DNA of 64,000 nucleotides from Octopus vulgaris. Its lineage: Eukaryota. The translations under genes and the position numbers were made by a program. The stretch is from assembly GCA_951406725.2 (NCBI GenBank), contig OX597830.1, forward strand, positions 73,904,001 to 73,968,000, given 5' to 3'. The notes under the pieces were generated by a model, which saw nothing but the letters and a program-made list of their open reading frames with translations, had not been told where the DNA came from and searched no databases. Below are positions 13,757 to 27,786 of this stretch, in pieces; position 1 is the stretch's first letter, and each line of letters starts with the position of its first letter.

Positions 13757-14240
13757 GGTGGTGGTGGTGGGCAGTAGGTGGTGGCCGCGGTGGCGGCGGT
13801 GGTGGTGGCGGCGGTGGTGGTGGTGGTGGTGGGTAGTAGTAGGTGGTGGCGGCGGTGGTGGTGGTGGTGGTGGGTAGTAGTAGGTGGTGGCGGCGGTGGT
13901 GGTGGTGGTGGGTAGTAGTAGGTGGTGGCAGCGGTGGTGGTGGGTAGTAGTAGGTGGTGGCAGCGGTGGTGGTGGTGGTGGTGGTGGTGGTGGTGGGTAG
14001 TAGTAGGTGGTGGCGGCGGCGGTGGCGGCGGCGGCGGCGGTGGTGGTGGTGGTGGTGGTGGTGGTGGTGGTGGTGGTGGTGGTGGTGGGTAGTAGTAGTA
14101 GGTGGTGGTGGTGGTGGTGGTGTTGGGCAGTAGTAGGTGGTGGTGGCGGCGGCGGTGGTGATGGTGGTAGTGGGTAGTAGTAGGTGGTGGCGGCGGCGGT
14201 GGTCGTCGTGGTGGTGGTCGTGGGTAGTAGTCGGTGGTGG
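13757..14240. repeat. GGT/GGC-based minisatellite (unit ~GGGTAGTAGTAGGTGGTGGCGGCGGTGGT)
   Basis: About 8 units are visible; source of the Pro/Thr/His-rich ORF. Confidence 0.9.
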
Positions 14241-15369
14241 CAGTGTTAATGTCATTACAATGTTCGTGCTGATACGATTGGTTTTAATTGTATTCTCTGT
14301 TTCGTATATAATGTCTGTGCGTGTTCTGTAAGGATGGACGGGTATGTGCGCGTGCATGAATGACTGAATGTATAAGTGCATGGGTATATGTGACCCTGTA
14401 TCTGGGTATATCTGTGTGTGCCTGAGTATAGATACATATATATGCATGTGTGTGTCTGTCACTATCTCTATGTTTGTGTCTATATATCTGTGTACGTGGT
14501 TGTGCGTGTAAATCGTTGTGTATGGGTATGCATGTAGTCTATATGCGTGTTAGAGTTTCCATGTGTATGCGTTAGTAGATGTAAGTGCTAGCGTATGGAT
14601 GCGTATGCATATGTTTGTACGTCTATTTGTGTGTGTGTGTTTATGTGTGCGTGCTTGTGTACGAATGAGTGTATAAATGTGGGTATATGTGCGTCAATAT
14701 AGGTGAGTGTGTTTGTTCTAAGTACTTATATATGTGTGTGCGCATGTGCGTGTATGTGTATGCATGGCTTACGTATGGATTTGTGCGTGTCTGTATGTCA
14801 GTGAGTATACTCGCATGTACATATAATTGTGCATGTGCTTGCATATGTTAGTTTCTTTCTGGCGTAGTTTCAGTTACATACAGACATAGACATGCGATGG
14901 CTGTTGTATGTTATCGTAATTTTAAAGATATCCTCGTGTTTTTCTGATTTCTGAGTTTTTCTGAAAGAGAATTTACTGAAGATAAGTGCTGTTGGTGCCA
15001 CTATCTTTTAGCTGCTGTTTTATGGGTAGCAGATGCTGCTGTCTTCTTCTTCTTCTTCTTCTTCTTCTTCTTCTTCTTCTTCTTCTTCTTCTTCTTCTTC
15101 TTCTTCTTCTTCTTCTTCTTCTTCTTCTTCTTCTTCTTCTTCTTCTTCTTCTTCTTCTTCTTCTTCTTCCAATCAGGACTCAAGCCATTAGCCACAAAGA
15201 ATAATCTCTAATTCGAGCCTACTCTAAGCTCCGTAAACAGTGGCTATTAACGGGTGGAGAGCTGAACCGTCCTGGGGTACAGAGGATTCGCAATCTAGAC
15301 TAGGGTCTGAAAGTCTACCACACCATAGTGGGTTACACCATGGTTCTTCTTCTTTGTGGCAGAAGTAGG

Positions 15370-15560
15370 AATAAAGAGTGAGAGAAAGTTGTGGTGAAAG
15401 AGTATAGCGGGGTTCACCGCCACCCCTCCACCGGAGTGTCGTGGAGCTTAGGTGCTTTTGCTCAATAAACACTCACAATCGAAACCGCGTTCTGTGAATC
15501 GAAACCGCGTTCTTAAGACCGCGAGTCCGCTGCCCTAACCACTGGGTTATTGCGCCTCCA
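15370..15560 (-). mobile_element. SINE family B 5' half
   Basis: Matches the head of 18499-18886; internal duplication of AATCGAAACCGCGTTCT. Confidence 0.85.
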
Positions 15561-15741
15561 CTGCTGTTGCTGCTACTACTCTACCATGGAATCCCGAGTA
15601 CGCAGCCTTGATCAAGTAGATCTAGCCACCCCAGCTTTTATTTTATATTTTCCCAGGCGTAGACTGCCAAAAATTGTATTATCCAAAGCGCCCCATTAAT
15701 TTTCTGTTCTTAGATATATTAAAAATAAAAAGAATAAATGC

Positions 15742-15985
15742 GCCCTTTAAAAGCCTAGCCAGGCTCATGGGACCAGTTTCCCGGTTTTTATAGCGTATGC
15801 GTTCCCTAGCTGGACGGGACGCCAGTCCATCGCAGCGTTACTCATTTTTGCTATCTGAGTGGACTGGAGCAACGTGAAATGAAGTGTTTTGCTCAAGAAC
15901 ACAACGCGTCGCCCGGTCCAGAAATCGAAACCACAATCTTGCGATCATGATGCTGACACCCTAGCCACTAAGCCACGCGCCTCCA
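15742..15985 (-). mobile_element. SINE family C (tRNA head, Nin-like CAGTCCACTCAG domain)
   Basis: Minus strand TGGAGGCGCGTGGCTTAGTGG...GGTTTCGATTTCTGGACCGGGCG; intact relative of 26865-27438. Confidence 0.88.
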
Positions 15986-16275
15986 TTCTTTGATATATTA
16001 GAAATTGCTATTTTTAGCAAGATTAATCAAATCATAATGAAGAGAACTTTTATGAAAACCGGGAAAATGTGTTTGGTTTCCAAGATGCCTGATGTACACT
16101 CGTGTGTTGATTCATATGTTATTTTATCTCAGAAAGATCACTGTGCCAATACTAGGTACGCACAATCTTTCACTTTTGCCGAACTACTAACTTACAGGAC
16201 GTACATAAACCGGCACCGGTTGTCAAGCAGTGGGGAGGAGATAAACACAGATATACAGACACAAACAAACACACA

Positions 16276-16343
<68 letters not shown>

Positions 16344-16619
16344 TATATATTTCATATAATAAAACATATATATATATATATATTATGTAGTAAATACACA
16401 CGTACGTACATAACAAATACACACAAATTCACAAGCACAATGGTTAACATACGCACACTGAGACAATATCAAAAATTAGAAATGATTGCATATATACGCA
16501 TTTAAAAAAATAATACGCACGCAATCTCTCAATGCAAAAAAGGGGAAAAAATGCTATTGACATTCAAATATCTCCACTGAAATGCATCACTTCTTAAATC
16601 GAAATTCATCCACAGAGAA

Positions 16620-16655
16620 AACAAGACAAACAGAAAGACAGACAGACACACAGAC

Positions 16656-16734
<79 letters not shown>

Positions 16735-16902
16735 CAGAATGACAGGCATACAGACAGGCAGACAGACAAACAGATAAATAGACAGAAAGACAGACAGACA
16801 GACAGACAGTGCGTGTGTGGGTATATATACGTATACATACTTACACAAACGCACAGACACACACATATGTACAGAGAGACAGACAGACACACAGACATAC
16901 AC

Positions 16903-16935
<33 letters not shown>

Positions 16936-16942
16936 TAGATAG

Positions 16943-16995
<53 letters not shown>

Positions 16996-17077
16996 AAGAG
17001 ATGAACGTATAGGTTGAGAGAGAGGCAGAGAGAGAGAGAAAGGGATGGAGAGGAAAAGGAAGAACGAATGAATGGAC

Positions 17078-17112
<35 letters not shown>

Positions 17113-17144
17113 AGGAAAGAAAGAAAGAAAGAAAGAAAGAAGGA

Positions 17145-17184
<40 letters not shown>

Positions 17185-17315
17185 GAGAAACAAAACATAG
17201 ATAGATAGACAGATAGATAGATAGATAGATAGATAGAAGGAAAGAAAGTGAAAAGAAGGGAAGGCGGGAAGGAAAGGAGAAGGAAAGGGAAGGAAGGAAG
17301 GAAGGAAGGAAGGAT
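16620..17315. repeat. Compound tetranucleotide array (GATA)n/(GACA)n/(GAAA)n/(GGAA)n
   Basis: Direct reading; explains the 345-aa ORF. Confidence 0.95.
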
Positions 17316-17848
17316 GTGCTTGAGAAGAGCGCAAAAATAAACATTCTCAAGCACACACACACGCAAACGCGGGGCTAGACATAAATCAACAGATCGCAAA
17401 TACGTTACTGCTATAATTATGCAGTCCACATGCTCACGGCGTAGCTGAACGATGCTGGCTGGTTGGTCAACTGAATGTTTGAAAAGGCACACAATATGGA
17501 ACTTCTCTGGCTTGCTTTCTCTTCTCAACCAATGAATTGTCGGTAATTTGTGAGCCGAATATAAAACGCGATTTTTTTTGTGTATGGATGCCCGTGCGCA
17601 CGCATGTGAATGAGCATGGTGCATGTGCGTGTATATGTGTGCGTGTGCGTGTGAATGAGTGTGTGTGTGTTTGTTTGTGTGTGTGTGTGTGTGTGCGAGT
17701 GTAAAAGTATTCGGGCGTATGTAACCTGAAAACTTATTTATTTCTCGACGAATTTGTTTGAGAGGAAAATATATTTTGAGTAGCTATTTCCGACCTTTTT
17801 CGTTGTTAGCATTTAGATTGAATGATAAGAATGATAAGAATGATGATG

Positions 17849-17921
<73 letters not shown>

Positions 17922-18005
17922 TGGCTGGAAGGATGGATGAATGGATGCATGCAGAGAAAGGTGGGGAGAAAGAGAGTGAGGATAAGGGACTGGCGGTAAC
18001 AGATA

Positions 18006-18057
<52 letters not shown>

Positions 18058-18079
18058 CATACATATATATATATGTATA

Positions 18080-18235
18080 TACGACGGGCTTCATTCAGTT
18101 TCCGTCTACCAAATCCGCTCACAAGGCTTTAGTCGGCCCGAGGCTATAGAAGACACTTGCCCAAGGTGCAAAGCAGTGGAACTGAACTCGGAACCATATG
18201 GTTGCTAAGTAAGCTACATATCACACAGCCACTCC
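18080..18235 (-). mobile_element. SINE family A 5' half
   Basis: ACGACGGGCTT...CACACAGCCACTCC. Confidence 0.85.
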
Positions 18236-18498
18236 ATATACATATACATGCTTGTGTGTGTATGTGCGTGTGCATGTTTGCATGTGTGTTTGTGTGTGCA
18301 CACGCGCTTGTCTTTTAGTTGTTTTACTCATTACGCAGTGGCCGTGCTGGTGTACTGCGTGCATGAATTTCAGTCAAACAAATCAAATCCACAACTGTTT
18401 TTTAAAGCCTGATAAAAGCTACACCGCTGATCCAGAGGGACTTAAGCAAGTCAGCACTAGTTGCGAAGTGGTGTTGACGGACAATCACAGACATATGA

Positions 18499-18886
18499 TG
18501 GAAGCACTCCGTCGGTAACGACGACGAGGGTTCCGGTTGATCCGAATCAACGGAACAGCCTGCTCGTGAAATTAACGTGTAAGTGGCTGAGCACTCCACA
18601 GACACGTGCACCCTTAACGTAGTTCTCGGGGATATTCAGCGTGACACAGAGAGTGACAAGGCCGGCCCCTTGAAATACAGGTACAACAGAAACAGGAAGT
18701 AAGAGTGAGAGAAAGTTTGAGGTGAAGGAGTACAGCAGGGATCACCACCATCCCCTGCCGGAGCCTCGTGGAGCTTTTTTAGGTGTTTTCGCTCAATAAA
18801 CACTCACAACGCCCGGTCTGGGAATCGAAACCGCGATCCTATGACCGCGAGTCCGCTGCCCTAACCACTGGGCCATTGCGCCTCCA
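18499..18886 (-). mobile_element. SINE family B, full length, probably tRNA(Arg)-derived
   Basis: TSD CACAGACATAT at 18486-18496 and 18888-18898; near-identical to 39063-39446; anticodon-arm-like GACTCGCGGTC. Confidence 0.93.
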
Positions 18887-19053
18887 CCACAGACATATAT
18901 ATGTATATGTATAAGACAAGGGATTAATAAAGGTCATCATTACATATTTTACTTTTGTTGGAGTAAATTCGTGTTTACAGTAGTCGTTATAGGTTCATTT
19001 CTGACAGGTTTACTCAGTTGGTCTTATTGGTCAATTGAGAAACGTTGAACGAC

Positions 19054-19122
<69 letters not shown>

Positions 19123-19266
19123 AAGTAGTTGAATGAATTACCCTACTATGGATAACTCGGTTAACCGATACCCGGGTAGCAAATTTACGTCAGAAATTAC
19201 GGTTGAAGCTACGTGCCAAGGGCAGAAATCACGTGCTTTCGTGTGGAAATTTCTGTGTTTTTTTAC

Positions 19267-19476
19267 TATAAATAAATGAAAGAATGGAGTCGAACGACGA
19301 TTTAACAAAATTTCTTTATTCTCGACATATGTTTCGAAGACTGCATATTCTCAATTCCGAAGGAATAAAGGGTGCATTATGCCGCCTTCTCATCAGGAAT
19401 TGAGAATATGCAGTCTTCGAAACATATGTCGAGAATAAAGGAATTTTGTTAAATCGTCGTTCGACTCCATTCTTTC

Positions 19477-19487
<11 letters not shown>
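19267..19487. mobile_element. Penelope-like inverted pseudo-LTR stub abutting (TA)n
   Basis: 92-bp arms (19267-19358, 19396-19487) with 1 mismatch and a 37-bp spacer; contains an HHR core. Confidence 0.8.
19321..19399 (-). ncRNA. Type I hammerhead ribozyme motif
   Basis: CTGATGA-GAAGGCGGCATA...TATGCAGTCTTC-GAAAC-ATAT-GTC; extended stem II, palindromic ACATATGT stem III, GUC site. Confidence 0.8.
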
Positions 19488-19524
<37 letters not shown>

Positions 19525-19882
19525 CCAAATAAGTACACGCACCATATAAATACTATCTGTAATTCTGTATTGACTCGAATGGGAAAATGTGTCTCTCAAG
19601 AAAGACTCCACTTTGAACAATTTCCACGATGTTTCATATTTAGATGTTGTTGTTGTTGTAGTTTGTTCCTTCTCGAGCCATGCCTGGCTCAGAAAGGGCC
19701 GATTTCCCGGTTTCATTGGTGTATAGGGTCAGCCACCTGGACGGGACGCCTGTCGCATCATATTTAGATGCTTTTATTAAATTTATTCCCATGTTTATTT
19801 ATTAAACATAAATAAACCTTGGAATTAGATGGTTTTGATTTACTGTCAGGTGATTTTAGCCATCCTTGTACATACATACACA

Positions 19883-19970
<88 letters not shown>

Positions 19971-19998
19971 TGGTGTATATGTATTTATATATATATAT

Positions 19999-20053
<55 letters not shown>

Positions 20054-20498
20054 ATATGTATATATATATATATATTGCTACATCTATATTCTTCCGTGTG
20101 TTCGTGAAAGCTCTGTATCTCTGCCGTAAGGCTTGATTTCCATTGACGCCAGCTGAATTCAATTCGTCCCCAGTCGGAAGATGCCTGTTGTTATGTCCTG
20201 TTATTTTTATTATTTTTCTTTTTGTATTTTTGTATTTATATTCGTGTATCATCGTCTGTTTTTCTGCTCTTGTTTTGGTATACATTCGATGCTTTTTTCC
20301 GAGAAATCTAATGCTCTTGGCTTAGTTTTTCCTTGGGGCTGGCCAGATTGGAGCAATCTCAAGATTAATCAGCCGAAATTGCGAGGATGATCCGGTTCTT
20401 GACTGAGGATAAAAAGCTTCGAATGACCCGTCCTTGTTTTTTTGTGTCGTCTATCTGGATGTTTTGCGTTCTTGTCCCATTTTGTATTTTATATATAT

Positions 20499-20610
20499 GA
20501 AACGTAAAAGACTTTTTCAATTCCTGAGCGTTATGCGTTATTCTAATACATCTGTTTGTTTTCTACACCACCTGCCTTCGTCTTTTGTTGTTTTTTCGTG
20601 AACCCTCCCT
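20499..20610 (+). mobile_element. Stub of the CUGUNGA-HHR family, starting at GAAACGTA, between (TA)n
   Basis: Homologous to 58733-58820 and to the reverse complement of 44880-44983. Confidence 0.75.
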
Positions 20611-21735
20611 ATATATATACACACGAGGTAATTCTTCCGTCTACGACATCGACTCACGAGGCTTTTGTCGGCCCGAGGCTAACTAAAGTAGAAAACATTT
20701 GCCCATGGTACCACGCCTTCGCACTGAACTTTGAACTATATGGTTGAGAAAAAAAAACCTGTTACCACCCAGCCATCGGTATATAAATATACATACTCCC
20801 ACACGTTCGTACATTTGTAAATAGGGAAAATGAAAGATGAAAGGAAAAGTGACAAAGAGAAGAAAATAAAAAGCAAGTGGAAATAAAAGAAAAATGAAGA
20901 AGCAAAATTAGAGTAAGAGAATAGAACCGCTATGTCTCCCGATGGTTCAAAGAGATGTTTGTCGACGATGGGGAAATAGTTTATTGTATGATGTATGAAA
21001 ATGTCTCACACGTTTAACTAAGTTGTTTGTCATTAGTTTTTCGACATAGAATTTAATGAATGAACAAGCAGAATGAATTGAATCACGTGTCGGCGTTTTG
21101 TTTGTTTGTTCAGATTTTGTATTATATGTTATATTTCTTTCTTTTTTTTTTTTGTTATTCAAAGTGGGTGAACTATTTTATTTTTACTTTACTTCATTTT
21201 ATTTTATTTATTTTACTGCTTTTTTTAAAAAAAAAAAAGATGTTTTCATTCTTGTAGTGATTTTTGTTAATGGACGGCGACCATGCCGGAGCAATTCGTT
21301 GAGCTGAGAATATAGAATTTTATCGAGTTCGGCTGAATATTTACAGTTGACTAGCGAGGAAGTTTTAATTTATTTATATTGACTTAAAAATTGCTTCACC
21401 CATAATGTTTTTGGAGAATCTAAATGAAAAAGATGGTACGTGGCAATCTGATGCGCTAGAAAGAGCAATTAAATATGTTTCAAATTACACATATCGCACT
21501 GAAAACAGATCGGATTATGTAACCCTAATGTGGTGCAACATCTCAAAAAGCAAATGGTGCGGAATATCATGATTCAAACACCTTTCACCATGAGGCCTGA
21601 GCTGGAATTACACAACACCAGCGATAAAATCCACAATAACAATCTCAGAGAAAGTTGGGAGACAGGAAGATTGAAATTGGACACCTGGTCCAGATAATAC
21701 TTGTCAGAAAGAAAACTTCTTAGTTTTTATTTTGA

Positions 21736-21984
21736 AGGTAGCAAGCTAACAGAATTGTTAGACAAAATGCCGAGTGGTATTTATTTCGGCTCATTACGTT
21801 CTGTGTTCAAATTCTGCCAAGATAGACTTTGCCTTTCATCCTTTCGAGATCGATAAAATAATGACCATTTGAACACTGAGGTCGATATAATGGACTAGTC
21901 CCCTCTCACAAATTTCTGGCCTTGTGCCTATAATAAATTATTATTATCATTATTTTTACCTTCTGGCCTTGTGCCTACAGTAGA

Positions 21985-22072
<88 letters not shown>

Positions 22073-22150
22073 CATCATCATTATTATTATTATGATTATT
22101 ATTATATTTATTATTAGTATTAGTATTATTATTATTATTATTATTATTAA

Positions 22151-22192
<42 letters not shown>

Positions 22193-22362
22193 CATTATTA
22201 TTATTATTATTAAGGCAGCAATCTGGTGGAATAGTTACCATGCTGTACAAAATGCTTAGCGGCATTTCACCCATCTTTACGTTCTGAGCTTAAATTCCGC
22301 CGAGGTCAACTTTACTTTTCATCCTTTCGGTGTCGATATAATAAGTACCAGTTGAGGACTGC
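21736..22362 (+). mobile_element. Two family D SINE copies separated by (TTA)n
   Basis: Copies at 21736-21930 and 22212-22362. Confidence 0.8.
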
Positions 22363-22364
22363 GG

Positions 22365-22838
22365 TACAAATATACAAAACCCAATATACCCATCATGACT
22401 AACTGTGTAATAAGGGTACATCAAGCACATGCATCACAAACATATGTTCGCGACATGGTGATCTTATATCAAGATAGTTACCACATGACCTTGCAGGTGA
22501 ACCCCAGTTAATATTCTTTTCAGATTGAGTAATCCATTCTGCTCAAAAGGTCCCTGAATAGAGCTTGTTTAAGGATGATGAACGAAGTGAATTATTCAAA
22601 CCCCAAACAATTCCTCACAACACATGGCTATATGCTTCCCCACTACTTCTGCTCGTGATCAGAGATGTACATACTGTCAGCCACTAAGAGACATGTACAA
22701 CTGGTAAATTTCAAACAACTGACTTGCAAATCTGTGGTATTGAGCAGAATATTTGCTGTCGCCCATCTTTTATACCATGATGACACTACCAATCAGTTAA
22801 GATCAGAAACCATGAGAGACACTGCTTGGTACTACATC
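22365..22838 (-). mobile_element. (TAA)n-associated non-coding repeat (~470 bp)
   Basis: Reverse complement of 30022-30450; abuts (TTA)n at 22839. Confidence 0.85.
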
Positions 22839-23545
<707 letters not shown>

Positions 23546-23577
23546 ACTTTAGCCTGCTAGATTTTAGTGAGCATTAC

Positions 23578-23632
<55 letters not shown>

Positions 23633-23678
23633 GTTGTTATTATTGTTGTTGTTGTTGTTGTTTTTGTTGTTGTTGTTG

Positions 23679-23709
<31 letters not shown>

Positions 23710-23722
23710 CATTATTATTATT

Positions 23723-25212
23723 CAGTAGTCTTATTTTTATCACGTGTTTTCACTGCACTGTATTGAAAATGTTTTACGTAGGATGTGTGCCGTGCCTAGT
23801 TGTGCTATTTTCAGTATGTTATATACTTGTAAGTTTTTATGTTTTTGTTATGTTTTGTCTGAAAGTTTTTTTTTCATCATACCTAATGCGCCTACAATGA
23901 TAGGGATTGTTTCTGTTTTTAGATACCACATTCGAGTTACCTCTATTTCCAGGTCTTTGTATTTTGAAAGTTTCTCCATTTCTTTTAGAGACACATTGCC
24001 ATCTGCTGGTATTGATACATCAATTAGAAAGCTTTTTTTCTTGGTGATCTCTCACAACTATATCGGGCCTATTAGCCTTCATTTCTCTATCTGTGTGTAT
24101 TGGCATATCCCAGAGTATGGTTGCTTTCTCATTTTCTGTGTCCTTTTCTGGGGTGTGCCTATACCATCCTTTTTCTGTTGTTATTCCATAGCGTTAGTAT
24201 AGCTTTCGGTGTATATAGGTCTCAAATCTGTCGTGTCTGTGAATATATTCCTCCCTAGCCAGGATTGGGCAGCCAGAGACAGTATGATTTATTATTCCTT
24301 CTCCATTACCACACAATCTGCAGTTACTTGTATTTCTTTTCATTATGTGTTTTTGGTGATTTCTATTGGAAAGTCTTTGATCTTGTGCTGCAATTAATAA
24401 TCCTTCAGTCTCTGCTTTGAGTTCTGACCTTCTCAGCCATTATTGGATTTTTACTTTATTTCTTTTCTGTTTAGCTTAACCCACTGTTTGCCATGTAGAG
24501 GCTTTTCTTGCGATCGTTTTATCATACGTTGCAGTTCTGGTTTTAGTTTGGATTTCATTTATTTTACTGCTTTTATTGTTTCTTCTTTCTCTTATCTCCA
24601 TAGTTGTTAGGTACGATGACTTCTTTTTTGTATTTGCCAGCTTCCTTAACGACAGAAAACAGTTTTATGTTTTGTTCGTGTTTTGTAGCTATTTGTATCA
24701 GTTTTCCTTGCACCTAAAGTAGTTATTTCTGTAGTCCTATGGTGATTATTTTGTAATAGTTTTCTAGCTGTATACTTTCGATACATTGCATATATAGCCT
24801 TTCTATGTAAGATTTTGGGTGGTGCATCCTAAATCCTGTCATTATTTTTCTTATTTTCATGTCTATTTTGATTAGTTTATTTAGAGTCCAGTTAAGAATA
24901 TTGTAGCTGTAACTTATAACTGGGATGGCAAGAGTATTAATGCCTATTATCTTGTTTTTCACATGAGCTTTGATTTCAGTATTAATCTGACTCGTTTATA
25001 GTATTCCCTTTTTATCTTCTCTTTCACTTGAGAGTGTTGTATCGTATCTAGTTCATTGATTCCTAAGTATTTGTGTGCTTGGCTTTGGTCTAATTCTCTT
25101 ATTTGAGTTTTGTTTTATCTAGTATGATGTTGTTACTCTTAACTGGTCTTCCTCTTTTCAAGGTCGCTTTGACACCTTTTTCTAAGCCAAATTACACGTT
25201 TATTTCTTTGCT
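23723..25212 (-). mobile_element. R4/Dong-clade retrotransposon, decayed (RT C-terminus, Zn knuckle region, RLE)
   Basis: NKIIGINTLAIPVISYSYNILNW...MHHPKS, AETEGL-IAAQDQ, SGCPILA...HRHD, ILWDMPIHTDR..ANRPDIVV, KYKDLEIEVTRMW, GTAHILRK; stops and frameshifts present; 3' end abuts (TAA)n. Confidence 0.92.
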
Positions 25213-25261
25213 AGAGAGAGAGAGATGGAGAAAGAGAGCGTATTATTATTATTATTATTAT

Positions 25262-25315
<54 letters not shown>

Positions 25316-25319
25316 CAGT

Positions 25320-25386
<67 letters not shown>

Positions 25387-25940
25387 TTTTGACGCCTAAA
25401 TTTATAGGTCTTTATCCCTTATTTCAGTATGTTAAATATTTCGATTACGCCTTCAGTTTCTGGCAATGTTTAAAAGGTTGCAGAAAACGTAACAGTCGAA
25501 TATAAATCGGGAAATGCAAGATGATGTTATAGAGAATTTCATTGTTTTTGGTGTGTGTTTTTTTTTTTTTTTTGCTTTTCTTGTTTGGCGTAAAATATTA
25601 ACATCTTTATATTGTGTAAGAACAAAAAATATTGAGCAGTCTGTGCACTTTCTTCTTTAACCGTTGAATTGACATTCAAACTTCCGATTCTGCCTTATCT
25701 TAATATAGAAGGTACTGCCTCTTTTAAGACAGCAGACAGCTAGAGGCACACTCGCATGAACACACGTATACACGCGAACGCACATACACGCATACACACG
25801 TGCGTGCACCCACACGCACGCATGCACATACACACACGCACACACACATAGACACATATATTTAAGAGAGTGAGAGAGAGAGCCGTCTAAGTATCCATAT
25901 GGTAAAAAACATACGCTCGTATATTTGTCAATAGCGTTGG

Positions 25941-26149
25941 TATATTGATATACATCCATTACGGCCGATATTACCGGTCGGTTTCGCACTAGGGGTTCAA
26001 CGGGATGTCAGTTAACAGCCCGATTATGTAACACTGCGATCTTCAGAGTTGGCAGTTATAAGGGTCATCCGGGCGAATTTAACATCCAGTTGAACTCCTA
26101 GTGTGAAACCGATTGCTAAGGTCGGCCATAATAGATACATCATACTGTA
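25941..26149. repeat. Diverged ~200-bp fold-back containing an HHR-like core (25972-26046, minus strand)
   Basis: Arms ATCCATTACGGCCGA...TCGGTTTCGCACTAGGGGTTCAAC and GTTGAACTCCTAGTGTGAAACCGA...TCGGCCATAATAGAT. Confidence 0.75.
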
Positions 26150-26864
26150 CACGTCGATTAATGTGTGTGTGTTTAAGGGGTTTCTTTTCTCCATGCTTAA
26201 GATATGATACACTGGTTTCTCGACTCCTTGTTTGGTACCTAATACACTTGCGCGTTTGCCCCTTCTCATATCTGCATTGTTTCAAGACACAGATTTCACA
26301 GTCGTTATCTACACCGCCATGAGTTATGGTACTCAAAAATATGTCATTTTCTATTAGCACGATATTAAGAACTGATTAATAAATAATTAGAAATAACTAT
26401 ATATTTAATATTAATTAACTCACAGTATGCCCATTCAAGTGATTTGTTAATAATAGTTACTCTGCAATTAATTTTAGTCGTAATTACTATCGATTCACAT
26501 TCTGCTAAAAAAATTGAAATTAGAAATTAAAATAATAAATAATTAAATAAAAAGCCGTTAATTAAAGTTTTAAGTAACATTTAATTAACGTGATAATAAT
26601 TAACTAACTAACATCGGTAGTTTGAAAGTGATCATTTAGTGTCATGATACCGCTAAAAGTAATCATGTTAGAAAAATTAATCGATAGAAGACTCGAAACA
26701 CCTGATTAGACAAGGAAGGTACCAAAATATCTGAACAAATGACAAACCACCAAATGAGTCCCAATGTAGTCACTTAATATACTAGAAATAATAGATGAAT
26801 ATCTATAAAATCATACCCTATTGTCTTAAAATGATATAACACAGGGGAGTAAAAAACGTTTTGC

Positions 26865-27438
26865 ACAGCCGTTTTGATGCCACCAGTTTCCCGGTTTCTA
26901 TGGCGTATATATTCCCCCGCCTGCACGAGACGCCGGTCCGTTGTGGGATTACTCGTTGTAGCCAGCTGATTGGACTGGAGCAATGTGAAATGAAGCGTTC
27001 TGATCAAGAACACGACGCGTCGCCCGGTTCAGGGATCGAAAGAGTCCCGCGTCATTATTTTTCGTCACTACCTCCCCGTGCCGGGAGTGGGCAAATTGAG
27101 CGCCTGCTGTCTTCTTTAAATGTGGTAGCCGTTTCGCAAGCTCCCTCTCTGGAATCGAACCCTGATTACTCGTTACCCGTTGCCACCACGGTCGGCACTT
27201 ACCGGGCCGTCGACAGTTGATAGGGCGGAACTCGCGGGGGACCCGTCGCGCGAAGGCTAGATCGTACTAACACTTATCCAGAGTCATCAAAATCGAAAGG
27301 TGTGAAGCCGCTGCACGCGTCGACCCGTGCGCGGATCGCGGTGGCTGCTGCGACGTCCAGTACGCGTCGGCCTTAGTCTAATATTTGCGCCGCAACCAAT
27401 GCGGAAGGCCGACCGAATCACTAAGCTACGCGCCTCCA
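26865..27438 (-). mobile_element. SINE family C containing an 18S rRNA insert
   Basis: 26880-27040 and 27419-27438 align to 15771-15929 and 15966-15985. Confidence 0.88.
27036..27417 (-). pseudogene. 18S rRNA fragment (5' domain, ~380 bp)
   Basis: Minus strand reads CCCTATCAACT...AATCAGGGTTCGATTCCAGAGAGGGAGC...ACGGCTACCACAT...GCAGGCGC...CCCACTCCCGGCACGGGGAGGTAGTGACGAAAAAATAA, which are universal eukaryotic SSU rRNA motifs. Isolated, with several substitutions in conserved positions. Confidence 0.93.
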
Positions 27439-27742
27439 CTACTTTAAACTACGGGAAAAGAACCAAGAACAACATTATTCAATGGATCCTATTGTAAGAA
27501 AGCAGAGACGGGATTTGAAGGACACATGCTTGCTTTATCTAGCTGATCAAGCGTCTAAATAGTAGCTTCCAAATTTGCTCGAAATGTGCATTATTTATAT
27601 ACCAGGCATTGATTCCGTTTAATCGACCTTTATATATGTGACATAATGTCAATGTTTAGAAATTAATGTCTGTATTAGGGATGTGGATTAACTGAAGAGA
27701 AACAGCAGTGGTGGTGGTGGTGGTGGTGGTAGTGGTGGTGGC

Positions 27743-27786
<44 letters not shown>

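Noticed and set aside
17500-17570. CCAAT plus TATAAAA promoter
   Set aside because: Short motifs expected by chance in AT-rich DNA, with no downstream gene evidence.
20078-20490. TA-flanked element with CTGAGGA...GAA...GTC at ~20403-20433 as another hammerhead
   Set aside because: No stem II or GAAAC. Probably a mobile fragment, but unclassified.
27036-27417. Functional rDNA locus or contamination
   Set aside because: Only ~380 bp, with substitutions at conserved sites, embedded in a host SINE.
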